The position numbers and the translations under genes were made by a program. Source: Nemertoderma westbladi (lineage: Eukaryota > Animalia > Xenacoelomorpha). Taken from it: a stretch of DNA of 32,612 nucleotides. Of the stretch, positions 11,503-23,012 are shown in pieces (the stretch's first letter is position 1; every line of letters starts with the position of its first letter). The notes under the pieces were generated by a model. That model was not told the origin of the DNA. It was given only the letters and a program-made list of their open reading frames with translations, and ran no database searches. The stretch is from NCBI GenBank assembly GCA_032718475.1, contig JAUCBJ010000960.1, positions 1 through 32,612 on the forward strand, written 5' to 3'.

Positions 11503-12209
11503 AGTATCGGCATGCTGCATTGTAGCTGCATTTTTAAGAATGCTGTGCCGGCTTTTTGACAAAATTGCGCCGCCACAACTCCCTATCACCCATGACATTT
11601 GCTAGATCATCCGCATCTTCAAGGCCAGTGTCCTTTAAGATGCGTCTCAAGAAAGTCATGGGCTGTCCACCATGTTTATTCACTGCCAAAGTACAAGATT
11701 ATGCACTGGCTGGTCCTCACGGTGAAAGCAATGTCCTGCAAAGCAGAGGCGATTTTGTTCTAGTGTCAAGCTTGGGGGAACCAATGAGACACCTCCAATG
11801 TTATATAGTGTCTTGTTGGAGATGTGTGCATTGTACTTGACACAATGAACCCGGCGTAGCATTCTTGTGAATGTGCCATCCAGAGATTTGGTGTCCTCAG
11901 CAGTTAGAGCCTAGCATGGACTCCCATAAAGGAGTACTGGAACTACTGCTGCTCTAAATAATCGGACCTTAAGTTTCTGATTAATTCTCAGTGACTTCTA
12001 AATCCTGGGAAGCCTATTCAAGACTGCCCATTCCTTTCCCTTATGTATTCGAAGGTCCTCACCTGACTTCCCGATCCATGATCACAGGTAACAGAAGTCG
12101 TCCACATGCTCAAGCATACCATCCTTTGAGATTATGCTCATCCGATCAGAGACTTGCTGAGAACTTTCAAAGTTAACTGTCAAAATTTTGGTCTTTCTCA
12201 ATCAATTTC
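11503..12209 (-). mobile_element. 5'-truncated RTE-clade LINE, copy 1, with 14-bp TSD
   Basis: Minus strand encodes LDGTFTRMLRR, FAGHCFHREDQPVHNLVLWQ and similar; TTAATTATGATACT at both 11489-11502 and 12210-12223. Confidence 0.9.
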
Positions 12210-13530
12210 TTAATTATGATACTCCTGACATAACATCACTTTACTAACAATAACATCATTAAAATACTTAATCATGTGCTATAGTTAATTATTTACTTAT
12301 ATATTACTTATGTAAAATGTATGATTATATTTATTTACAAATTGATTGATTGATTTACTAATTTATTTACGTAATTATTTACTTATATATTACTTATATA
12401 CAACGTATGATTATATTTATCAACATGTTTAGCTGGACTATAAAATTTTGTGTTACTATGCTGTTACTAGTTACTTGGTGCTGTGACTGCCATGTTTAAT
12501 ATTTTATAGTCGACAATAATATATATATATATACACCCATGGTTAGGTAATCCGGAAAGGTACAGTATACAGGTAGGGTACTAATGATATTCCATGGTGA
12601 GTGTTGTGAGTCCTTATTTTACCGAGTAAGTGCTCGGGCAAACACCACACTCCCGCACTCTGGTTTTGCCATTCCACAGGGTTACAGTGGGAGTGGAGTT
12701 AGATATGGCAGTATGGGACCCATACCTACTGCAGCATGTGACCCACACCTGCACATTAGCAAGGCACTAGGCTGGGGAGATAATTTCAAGAGGGAGTTAT
12801 CTCAGCCTTGTACACCAGCCATTGGTTTGTTTTGCAGATTATAATCTTCCTGGTCAGACCATACCCTTGCAGCCGAGTATTATCTGACTGTGTATATCTG
12901 TATATGGGTCCAAGGGTCCCTACCTACAGTATGCAGGTACAGAGGTATGCCTATCCTAGAACGAAGTGGGTCCTAATTACAACACCAGATTATGCACTTC
13001 TTACTGTCTTATTAAGATAATGCTGAAAAGGCTGGCGCAGAGATGTCTGGATCTGGATGTCAATGGATGTCAGGATGTGCTGCACTGGACCCAGCGCAGC
13101 CATCATAGCATCAGCAATGTCAGAATGTGCAATGTGCAACGATAGAGATGCTGCGCTCATCGCGATTTTTGTATTGCTGGCATATCTTTGCACCGAGCTG
13201 GCATCTGGTGTCGTGGTGTGCATGATTTTTTGCACTTCGCGGCTGGTACTGTACTGGTACCGTACTGTACTGTACCGTACTGTGACTGTACTGGTACCGC
13301 AAATCGCGCGGCGCGCCCATACCAGCATACCGGTACGGCCGCACGTTAGTACCGGTAATACTGTAATAGTACGTTCACACGTTATGACGTTACAGAGGAC
13401 TACAAGTGTTTCAGGGCCTCCACCTAGCAGCGTAGGTACTGTACTGGTAGGCTACTGCCTGACTGCTGTACTCAGGTACTGTAGGTAGTTGTACAGTCAA
13501 CAGTCAGACAGTAGTACTGGTGCAGTGTTC

Positions 13531-13622
13531 TGTAACCTGTTCCATTCCCTCAATTGGTAAAGTGGCCGTTTTATTGTTTTGGTTGGAAAAGCCTGCCTCA
13601 GTAACCTGCTCCTTTCCCTCAA
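13531..13622. repeat. Kolobok-like transposon end fragments (related ends at 14024-14051, inverted, and 22250-22310)
   Basis: Shared TGGCC.(G)TTTATTGTTTTGGTT.GAA...GTAAC(C/A)TGCTCCTTTCCCT; the intronic copy ends at a TTAA. Confidence 0.45.
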
Positions 13623-13709
13623 TTTGTTTATGTCGTGTGTTACTTATATCTGTATATTAGGCCTATTGTATTAGGCCTACCTACAGTAGGCGCCCTACAG
13701 CCCTAGGCC

Positions 13710-14594
13710 ACATGAGAGTAAAAACCCAAGCGATCATTTTGTGAACATCCAATGATATTGCCTATTTTATAAATGCTTTAAGTTGTTATGGGATGTTCTG
13801 TTTGATTGGTTGTTATGTGATTTACTTGCTAATCCTGGCCAGTATTAAATACACTAAATCAACAAGCACTGATCAATGTGTACAGATATACAGTAGGAGT
13901 CAATATGTTTCACAGGAGGCATGATGGAGGGGGGGGGGGGGGGGGGATTTTCGAAAACCTATCTTTGGTGAATTAAAAGCACATCCCGGCGAATTAGCAA
14001 TGATAATTATTATGTATTAAGTGAGGGAAAGGAGCAGGTTGCTGTGGCAGGATAATGGATAGAATAATGTAGTACGTAAAACTGTATATCATAACATATG
14101 TATAACTGTATTACGTATTATTTACCTACATTAAGCTGTTAAGTGTCCAGTTACTGCTGTATTGTACGATATGACAGTATTTTACAAAGATTAAAGCTGT
14201 CTGGCTGTAAAGAGGCCTGGCCTCTATCTGTCTATCCTAAAACCTAGAGCAAGAGTCCATCAATTGTATTATATTCTTAAGTACATTCCTGCATTCTTTC
14301 ATTATTACGTCAGTCACTGCAAACATCACTCATAGCGTCATAGGTAAGTGTGTTAGAGTCTGAGAGTACATGTAGAGCTACCGGCATACTGCTAATATTT
14401 AAATGTAAACTACTAAGTTACATTGATCGCTTGTTAATTTAGTGCATTTAATACTGGCCAAGATTAGCAAGTAAATCACACAACAACCAATCAAACAGAT
14501 CATCCCATACAGCCATAACAACTTAAAGCATTTATAAAACAGGCAATATCATTGGATGTTCACAAAATGATCGCTTGGGTTTTTACTCTCATGT
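13710..14594. mobile_element. MULE-like non-autonomous element, ~170-bp TIRs, 9-bp TSD
   Basis: ACATGAGAGTAAAAACCCAAGCGATCATTTTGTG... / ...CACAAAATGATCGCTTGGGTTTTTACTCTCATGT; CCCTAGGCC at 13701-13709 and 14595-14603. Confidence 0.92.
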
Positions 14595-15579
14595 CCCTAG
14601 GCCCTACAGCTGTACAGACTGACAGTAGGGAACATACCCTTAAATAAGCTCCAAAAGTGGGTTCTTATGGCTCTTATTTAGGGGTTTTTGGGCCTTTTTT
14701 GGATATTTTTTCGATATAATATGCAATAACTTGTTTCAGGAAAAAATACCGCATAATTTTATTTCACAATGTAAAAGTTGGGTCTTTCTTGAACATAAAG
14801 CAAAAAACCAGAAAACATTTCACCGTCCGGTTTTTTTTCTACAAGCATTTTAAAATTGCATCAAAAATACGACTAGTTCCTAAATAAGGGGGATTTTTTA
14901 AATTTACCTTATTTAAGATATCGAAATTGTACACATAAATACTAAAAGTCCCTAAATAAGAACTTTTTGACCTGGGTTTCTTATTTAGGAATACAATTGT
15001 ATTCAAAAATCTGCACATTCCTTAAATAAAATAAATATTCCTTATTCCTTACAGTATGTGTTACACTTCGTTCATAATTCTTTGATTTATGTCAGTCTGT
15101 ATATTAATATTGCTAATTGTTGGGTTAAGGATAAGGACAATGGTTGCACTGTCACTCTATAAATCCTCTATAGAATATCGTATCATAATGAAGTTGCTAG
15201 CACTGGCATTCTTACCTCACACGGTAGCATAGAATAGCCCATTGATATTCAAAAGAATAGCCCATCGCCCATCTGATAGTCTGAGCGCACATACATTGTC
15301 ACGTATTTCGATGAAACATGACTCAAGTAACTGGACATCGCCGCACAGTTTCGAAAAACTAACTTGTGTCCTGCACTTCCTCTTCTGCTCCGCGTTACGC
15401 CCCACTGGATTATCCACAATGTTGTACTTGAAAGGTGTGAAAAAAAGTGAAAAACCAGATGTCAATGTCATGTCAATAGACACAAAGATGGTTCGGTTGG
15501 GCATGGGCAGCTGATAGACGTTATGAAGGTTAAAGATGATGACTGGATGACGTTTTGGCTCAACTGGCTCAGGCATGAG

Positions 15580-15935
15580 TGGGGCACGTTCGTGGGACCT
15601 TTGCGCAGCATGAAGTGAGCAAAGCCTTAGCTAGCCCTAGCTGATAGGGGCCCCACCCCATTAACATGATGTCTTTCGTTAGTCAGAGGTCGTTCAACAC
15701 AATACTCGTCTCCTTAATTTGCCTCATTGCGTTCGTTTGTTTTTTTACCAAACTTCAGATTATTTCTAATCTTTTGACAGACTACATACATACTAAGTTT
15801 CGTTTAATTTCATCAAGGAATGACCGAGTTATTAGCGATAAAAAATTTACAACGACGACAGACAACTCGTTAATAGCACCCATATGCTAAAGGCTTCGCT
15901 CACTTGAACGTGGCTCTCCCCCACATTCAATCCGG
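15580..15935. mobile_element. Two opposed DINE-1/Helentron-like element fragments
   Basis: AAGTGAGC(A/G)AAGCCTT(T)AGC end motif in opposite orientations near 15613 and 15886-15906; related ends at 20490 and 32579. Confidence 0.5.
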
Positions 15936-15944
15936 TTCGACGCA

Positions 15945-16972
15945 GTTTGTTGCTCGTTGTTGCTCATTCAGTCATTGCTGCTCGTTGTGCTTTATTATTT
16001 CTCATTGTTGGTCATTGTTGCTCATTGTTGCTTGTTGGTGCTCATTGTTGCTCGTTAGTTGTACTTTATTATTGCTCGTTGTACTCTATTATTGCTCGTT
16101 GTTGCTCATTATTGCTCATTGTTACTCATTGTTGCTCGTTGTTGTACTTTATTATTGCTCGTTCAATCGTTGTTCCTCATTGTTGCTCGTTGTTTCTCGT
16201 TGTTGTACTTTATTATTGCTCATTGTTGGGCAATATTACTCGTTGTTGCTCGTTCAGTCGTTGTTGCTCGTTGTTGTACTTTATTATTGCTCATTGTTGC
16301 TCAATATATCTCGTTGTTGCTCAATATAACTCGTTGTTGCTCGTTCAGTCGTTGTTGCTCATTATTGCTTGTTGTTTCTCATTGTTGCTTATTGTTGCTC
16401 ATTGTTGCTCAGTGTTTCTCATTGTTGCTCAATGTTACTCGTTGTTATACTTTATTATTGATCAATGTTACTCGTTGTTTTGTTACTCATTGTCATTGTT
16501 GCTCATTGTTACTCGTTGTTCCTCATGTCCTAATTATTGGTCGTTGTTTCTCGTTGTTGTAGTTTATTATTGCTCATTGTTTCTCAATGTTGCTCGTTGT
16601 TGTACTTATTATTGCTCGTTCAGTCGTTGTTCCTCATTGTTGTTCGCTGTTGCTCATTGTTGCTCAGTGTTGCTCGTTGTTGCTCATTATTACTCATTGT
16701 TACTCGTTGTTGCTCGTTGTTGTACTTTATTATTGCTCGTTCAGTCGTTGTTCCTCATTGTTGCTCGCTGTTGCTCATTGTTGCTCGTTGTTGTACTTTA
16801 TTATTGCTCATTGTTGCTCGGTGTTTCTCAGTGTTGGTCGTTGTTGCTCATTGTTGCTCGTTGTTGCTCGTTCAATCGTTGTTCCTCATTATTGCTCATT
16901 GTTGTTCGTTGTTTCTCGCTGTTGCTCATTGTTGCTCGTTGTTGTACTTTATTATTGCTCATTTTTGCTCAT
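15945..16972. repeat. ~1-kb degenerate 10-bp satellite (A/G)TTGTTGCTC with higher-order blocks
   Basis: Continuous TTGTTGCTC variants with recurring GTTGTTGTACTTTATTATTGCTC and GTTCA(G/A)TCGTTGTT blocks. Confidence 0.95.
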
Positions 16973-17512
16973 TTGCACTTAAAACGCTTGTAGAAAAAAA
17001 ACCGGACGGTGAAATGTTTTCTGGTTTTTTGCATTATGTTCAAGAAAGAACCAACTTTTATATTGTGTAATAAAATTATGCGGTATTTTTTACTGAAACA
17101 AGTTCTTGCATATTATGTCGAAAAAATATCCAAAAAAGGCCCAAAAACCCCTAAATAAGAGCCATTTTCCTTAAATAAGAACCCACTTTTGGAGCTTATT
17201 TAAGGGTATGTTCCCTACTGACTGACAGACAGTATTATGTCTGTATGTATTACTGTAGGCCTATTCTGCTATTAGCCTATGCAATGCAGCTATGCTGGCT
17301 ATGTGCAGATGTGGAGGCCCCCAAACAACATACAAAACACGTTAGGCCTAATCCCCGTTACAGTATTCTCGGACAGTCTCAGACTGTCAGAGTCAGCAGT
17401 CAGGCAGTCCGACAGTGTCAGAGTGTGACAGTCCGAGTCCAGCAGTCAGACTGTCAGATAAATAGGCCTATCATCTATCAATCATTATACCGGTCGGTAT
17501 GCTTATGGCAGT

Positions 17513-18065
17513 ATGGAGTCTCAGTCGCATCAATCGAACACGGGGTTAGAAGAAGATGAAAATTCTTCTCCAATTAATAACGACAATTCAATTGCAACTC
17601 CAAACGAGCTGGCGGATATAGACGTCCAAGATGACACGGACGAGGAGTTCGATGAATCCTTTATCGGTGCGGTGGACAGCGCAATGTCCCCTTTGCCGGA
17701 ATCCAGCGCGGCGATACCCAAGACTATGGAATGGGACCCGCTACTGAGTAAAGATTGGCAATCACACGGTCCGTATTCCGCTATGTGTATCGGTCGTATT
17801 AAACGGGACATTATGAGTATTTATAACGATCCGCCGCCCGGGATGTTTATCGCTCATAACAGCGATGATATTACAGCCATCGACGCTCTCATTACCGGGC
17901 CCTTTGATACTCCCTACGAGGGCGGATTCTTTCATTTCGTTTTCAGATTTCCACCGGAATATCCGATTAAACCTCCTCGAGTTAAACTGTTAACAACCGG
18001 AGGAAACCGAGTCCGTTTTAATCCCAATTTATATAAAACAGGAAAAGTTTGTCTCAGTATATTAG
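17513..18065 (+). CDS. UBE2Z: Ubiquitin-conjugating enzyme E2 Z (USE1), coding exon 1
   Basis: Acidic N-terminal extension, then WDPLLSKDW...[18 protein letters not shown]...[16 protein letters not shown]...[18 protein letters not shown] (catalytic Cys180, codon 18050-18052); phase-1 donor G|GTTAGT. Confidence 0.96.
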
Positions 18066-18096
18066 GTTAGTTTAATCTCCCTCCGGAAGTACTGTA

Positions 18097-19525
18097 CCGT
18101 AAACATAGGATACTTTTGCCAATTGGGTTACTTTGGTCAATTGAAAAAAACGAGTTTTTCTTTTAAATTCCGGTTCTAAAATAACTATGTAGGCCTACAT
18201 GTTGATGCCATATCCAGCATGGACTTGAGAGCTTACTAATATAGCTATTGCTTCTATAGGTTATGAAAGGTTTAAAAAAGTTTTAGTAGTTATAATTTTT
18301 GAAATTAAATTAGTTTTTAATTAAACTGCGAAAAAAACGTTGAAACTTTGATTGAAATATGATATACATTACATAGACTATTACGAAATGTGCAGCTACC
18401 ATGTGGAGATACTTAAATAACAGGTCAACACATATAACATTTGAAAATTTTCAAAATGTTTTCAATTGATTTTTTCACTGGACAAAGTAACCCAGGTGGC
18501 CATGGCGGACAATGGGGTTACTTTGACCACACCAAAAATACGTATCAGCGTATAATATCTGCGACGATAACTGGGCCTGCACTAAATGCATAGGCAGATA
18601 GGTGTTGGCTTTAATTATGATGACGATTTTTACTGCAATGAATGTGTAGGGTAAAAATGATGAATTCGATGAAGTTGTAAGGATGGGATGGAAAGGGTGA
18701 ATATTGATGAATATTAATAATTGAGTATTTAAATATATTAATATCGAAGTCAAATTTTAACATAAAGATGGGGGTGGGGCGTGGGGGTGGGTGTCTACCT
18801 ACACACAAATGCATGACAAACCTGTGGCTGTGACATGGGGGGGGGGGGGGGGGGGGGGGCTGGTTGATTAATACCAATCTAAGATTTTATTATTTCCAAT
18901 CACTAACCATTGGGTCTGGGTGGGGTGGGATATGATATAGGCTTAACCCTCCTTAGGGTAGGGGCTAAATGACATCACGGTAAGATCAGTGAGGGAGAGG
19001 GTCTACATACAAATTTGTGACAAACTGCTGTCATGCACCTGTGGGGGGGGGGGGGGGGGGTGTTGACATGTGGACAATGCTTTAGATCTAAATAGGCCAC
19101 CAATATACGCTGGCAAGAGAGATGTAAGGGCTCAATTTATAAGGGTGTGTGTGTAGTGTGTACTGTACTAGTTTGAAATAAATAAATTTGAACGAAATAA
19201 GCTAAAACACATGTGATATTAGCATGTGCGATGGCCAAAGTAGTAGCCCTTTAAAAGGGTTACATTATAATTAGGGGCAATTTCCGTAGCTAATTTAAGG
19301 GTGGTCAAAGTAACCCCGAAGGCGGGGTCCCTACTTTGTCCACTTTTTGATAAAAAAAACTGTTAGGTCCATTTTTTTTTTTAACTTTCAAGATTTTAAA
19401 GGTGCCATAGATAGTAGTACCGGTACTTTTCTTATTTACATTGAATTGGTGCGCAAATTGCCTTTTATATTGAGCTAAAAATGCAAAAAGTATCAAAATT
19501 GGTACAAGGTAACCCCTGCTTACGG
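18097..19525. mobile_element. Tc1/mariner-pogo-like non-autonomous element in the UBE2Z intron
   Basis: TA|CCGTAAACATAGGATACTTTTG ... CAAGGTAACCCCTGCTTACGG|TA; internal GGGTTACTTTG / CAAAGTAACCC repeats. Confidence 0.7.
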
Positions 19526-20477
19526 TACTGTAGTTCAATTTCTAGGCCTGTATATTTCACCGGCTAGCACACCGAACTTGGTTGTTGCTTGTTGGTTTGG
19601 TACCAGTTGCAGTGGTACCGGCACCGGGTAGTAGTTCAACTGCATGCGAACTTAGTTCCAATAGATGTATTTGGGTTAGCATTGACCTGTTTTCTGTAAT
19701 AAACCACTGGTTTTGGGTTAACTAAAATCGACCTCGTTAGGTTTTACCGCAGGTGATAACGACGAAACCTATCCATTCACTATATGGAACATTGTCTTTA
19801 CACATTCCTCGCTCCCTTTTGGAACAATTTTCACAACTATTGGAACCAAGTTTGCAACCGTTGGAACAAGCAAGTATGCAAGCAAACAGTCGGCCGAAGC
19901 CGGAGGCGACCCGAACGCTCCTCTTTCGATAGCTGCTACCCGAGTATTGGGGTGGGCGTTACTCCTATCCGAAGTTTTTCTTCCAGTTATTCAACTGGTC
20001 CTCATTTATCGACCCTAGAGGATGAAAGGTTGAGTGGATCCTGGCGGGGCTGACCCTACAACCAATAGATGGCAGGCCCGGCGCTCGACCAACCCAACGC
20101 TCTACACACCTGTAATAACTACACCCTACTGTCTGACAGTTACAACAAAATTCGCAAATATGCTGGCATTGGAACAAAGTTTGCATTTATCGGAATAAAA
20201 TTTGGAACTTATTTGAACAAAGTTGGCAGAAATCGATTTTTTAACAAGGTACATGTGGCAATAGCCAACAGGGCAATTCCATTTAAGTCATTATTTTTCA
20301 TTATTTTAACCCTTTCATTTACTAACCATCATAATCTTATACTCCAAGCAAGCAAGTAATCCAAGCAGACACTTTATAGATTTGTGGTAAAACTCATCCT
20401 GTGTCTTTGTGGGGTCGGTAATCGTTTCGCAGTTCTCAAGTGTGCCGGTAAGATAAAATCAATTTTTACCCAATTCT

Positions 20478-20636
20478 TTACGATTCCAATGTGGGGCGAG
20501 ATACGTAGTCGGCGAGCCTTGGCATAGGGTTCATATAGGGCAAATGGGGCATGTCCGTCTGTCCATCCGTCTGTCTGGTAAATGTTTGAACGCGAATTTC
20601 TCGGCATCGCGGGTTCGTACAGTAATTGAACCAAAC
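20478..20636 (+). mobile_element. DINE-1/Helentron-like non-autonomous element fragment
   Basis: End motif AATGTGGGGCGAG...GCGAGCCTTGGC, then (GTCY)n microsatellite GTCCGTCTGTCCATCCGTCTGTC and AACGCGAATTTCTC...CCAAACTT. Confidence 0.6.
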
Positions 20637-20936
20637 TTACTAGGATCGGCATGCTGCATTGCAGCTACATTTTTAAGAATGCTGTGCCGGCTTATCGACA
20701 AAATTGCACCGCCACAACTCCCTATCATCCATGACATTTGCTAGATCATCCGCATCTTCAAGGCCAGTGTCCTTTAAGATGCGTCTCAAGAATGCCATGG
20801 GCTGTCCACCCACCGCCACCAGCCACCATGCTTGCTTATTCACTCCATGAGGCCGCCAAAGTACAAGATTATGCACTGGCTGGTCCTCACGGCGAAAGCA
20901 ATGTCCTGCAAAGCGGAGGCGACATTGTTCTAGTGT
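20637..20936 (-). mobile_element. 5'-truncated RTE-clade LINE, copy 2
   Basis: Highly similar to 11503-11765; encodes HNLVLWRPHG...ILKDTGLEDADDLANVMDDRELWR. Confidence 0.9.
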
Positions 20937-21162
20937 TAGAATTGTTATTCTAACATAATATTAGTTCCTGGAGACCACATTATACATTATACCTGCATAT
21001 GAATTATGAATGAAGTAGCCAGGTAAAGTTATAGAGATAGGATGGGAACGGTGTCCTACTCCAAATAATTAATGTGGAACCCCGTGTATTCTTTTCCTAC
21101 TGCTGCGAATGTGTAGGAAATAAAATACAAGAAATGTTAAATATCATTTTCAGCATTCAAAT

Positions 21163-22734
21163 TAGGGATGTCCCGGAATTCCGTTCCGGCCGGAATTCCG
21201 GCGGTTTTTGCCCGATTCCGGTTCCGGCCGGAATTTTACCGGAATTGCCAGGTTCCTAACTAGTTTGATAGTTGCACATTTTGTACGTTGGCACGCAGTG
21301 CTTTGCAGTTGCACGTTTGATATGTAACACATTTCCAAAAACATTTCACCTGGTAATCAAACTAAAATGGTCCCACCATATGTTACACCACCTACTGTAG
21401 TGTTCATATACAATTAACAATAACCATCGTAATTTACATTAACTAATGAAATGCATCAATAGGCCCGTGCCCCACTGGTCAGAATGTCAAAATGAATGCC
21501 TCCTTGCTCCATAGGTAACACAAGTCATAAGTCATTTGATAAAAAATATAAGATGCGTCTCACATTTACTGCATATTTATACCCAAAGTAACCAATCAGT
21601 AGGCCTCTTGCTGGATATATATAACACATGAGTCATGTGTCAAAATATGGAACATGGGACATAATCACTTTCGACTCATCGGTCGTAACCTACGATTTAC
21701 CAGTGGAGATGCTCCCATTGAAACCAACGTATTCCAAAATTTATTCTGATTAAAACTTTATAAGACTTACCAGTGGAGCACGGGCCATAAATAGTGGTTT
21801 TTTCAATTTGCTTTTTACAATTTGCTTATAAAATGACGTTTTTTAGATTGATCTTACAATATTTTGCATTGATTTTTACATTATTTTACATTGATTTTAT
21901 ATTATTTTACTTTGAATTAATTATTAAATAATATGATAATATTATGATTGGTATTATCTCGTCCAACGTAACATATAGGATGACCCCTAAAGATTTGCAG
22001 CTTATTTTCATGGGGGTCCTTTATGTTACTTGGTTACAAATACAATATTACACAATTACAATTACTACTCTAACCTAAATCTAATATAAACGTTATTACA
22101 ATACGTACAGGTCCTGCGAGTGGTCTTTAGTTCAGTTCTGCGTCGTAGGTGCTGCATAATATAGTAGTTTAATTTTTATTTACAGCAAAGCCATTTCTTA
22201 CCATAAATATATTTATTCCCAGCAATAATTAAACTGTAACATGTACTATTGGCCTCGTTTATTGTTTTGGTTCGAATAACATGTCACTGTAACATGCTCC
22301 TTTCCCTTAAAGACACCAGGATATTGCACCAAAGGACGAACTGCGAAACCATAGGTTTTTGTTTAACGTAGGTTTTTAGGTATGAGTCTAAATGATAATA
22401 ACCTAAATTTTAGAAAACAATTTTATTTAATTCCCTGTCGTTTAATGCCGAAGTAGCATCCCGTCCCCATAACGACCCAGGCCATTCTCCACTCCACCCA
22501 CCTTAATTAACCCCCAAGGTTCTGATTCCTCTCATTATCAAACTTAGCTTTAGAAATTAAAAAAATTCATTTGTTTCACAAAAAATTGTAAAGTTTCATG
22601 GGTCATTTAGTGTATTTCATTAATTATAGAAAATTCCGGTATCTCGTAAAAAATTCCGGCCGGAATATTCCGGCAAGTTGAATTCCGGTTCCGGTTCCGG
22701 CCGGAATCAAAATATCGATTCCGGGACATCCCTA
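21163..22734. mobile_element. hAT-like non-autonomous element with perfect 8-bp TSD
   Basis: TAGGGATGTCCCGGAAT / ATTCCGGGACATCCCTA; ATTCAAAT at 21155-21162 and 22735-22742; TTCCGG subterminal repeats. Confidence 0.93.
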
Positions 22735-23012
22735 ATTCAAATCCGTCAAAAACCGGCATTTTTAAGACGGTACCCTGGTCTGAAAAATCGGCCGTGTTTG
22801 CGGGGGGCGTGACCCCGGTTATTTCCTAATAACTGACACGTTATATTCTAGACCTCAGAGTGAGAGACCTCTTAAACCGTCTGTGTTTTTTTTAATTACC
22901 TGGGGTTCCGCTACTGTAATTAATTATTTGATATTAATTATTAGGTCTATCTATTGTTTACCCATAGAAGATAGGTTGATTAACTGTAATATGTTCCATT
23001 GTTCACTTTTAG

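Larger units (their letters stand above)
7275..12533 (+). mobile_element. Near full-length decayed non-LTR retrotransposon (5'UTR-ORF1-ORF2-3'UTR)
   Basis: ORF1 and ORF2 as above. The AT-rich 3'UTR appears to continue past the nested RTE copy and end at AATAAT(AT)n near 12515-12533. Outer boundaries are approximate; no TSD found. Confidence 0.7.
14623..17220. mobile_element. 2.6-kb non-autonomous TIR element with ~240-bp TIRs, carrying a satellite
   Basis: CAGTAGGGAACATACCCTTAAATAAGCTCC... / ...GGAGCTTATTTAAGGGTATGTTCCCTACTG; flanks ACTGA/ACTGA (or GACTGAC if each end is one base shorter). Confidence 0.9.

Noticed and set aside
15904-17070. Long Leu/Cys/Val-rich ORFs (up to 348 aa) in several + frames
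   Set aside because: They are an artefact of the stop-poor TTG-rich satellite, inside a TIR element.
17530-17811. Antisense ORF (also overlapping ORFs 17245-17559 and 22999-23355)
   Set aside because: Shadow or alternative frames of the UBE2Z exons with no recognisable protein features.
22883-23012. N-terminal extension of the 198-aa ORF
   Set aside because: It is intronic; UBE2Z similarity starts exactly at the AG acceptor (23012/23013).
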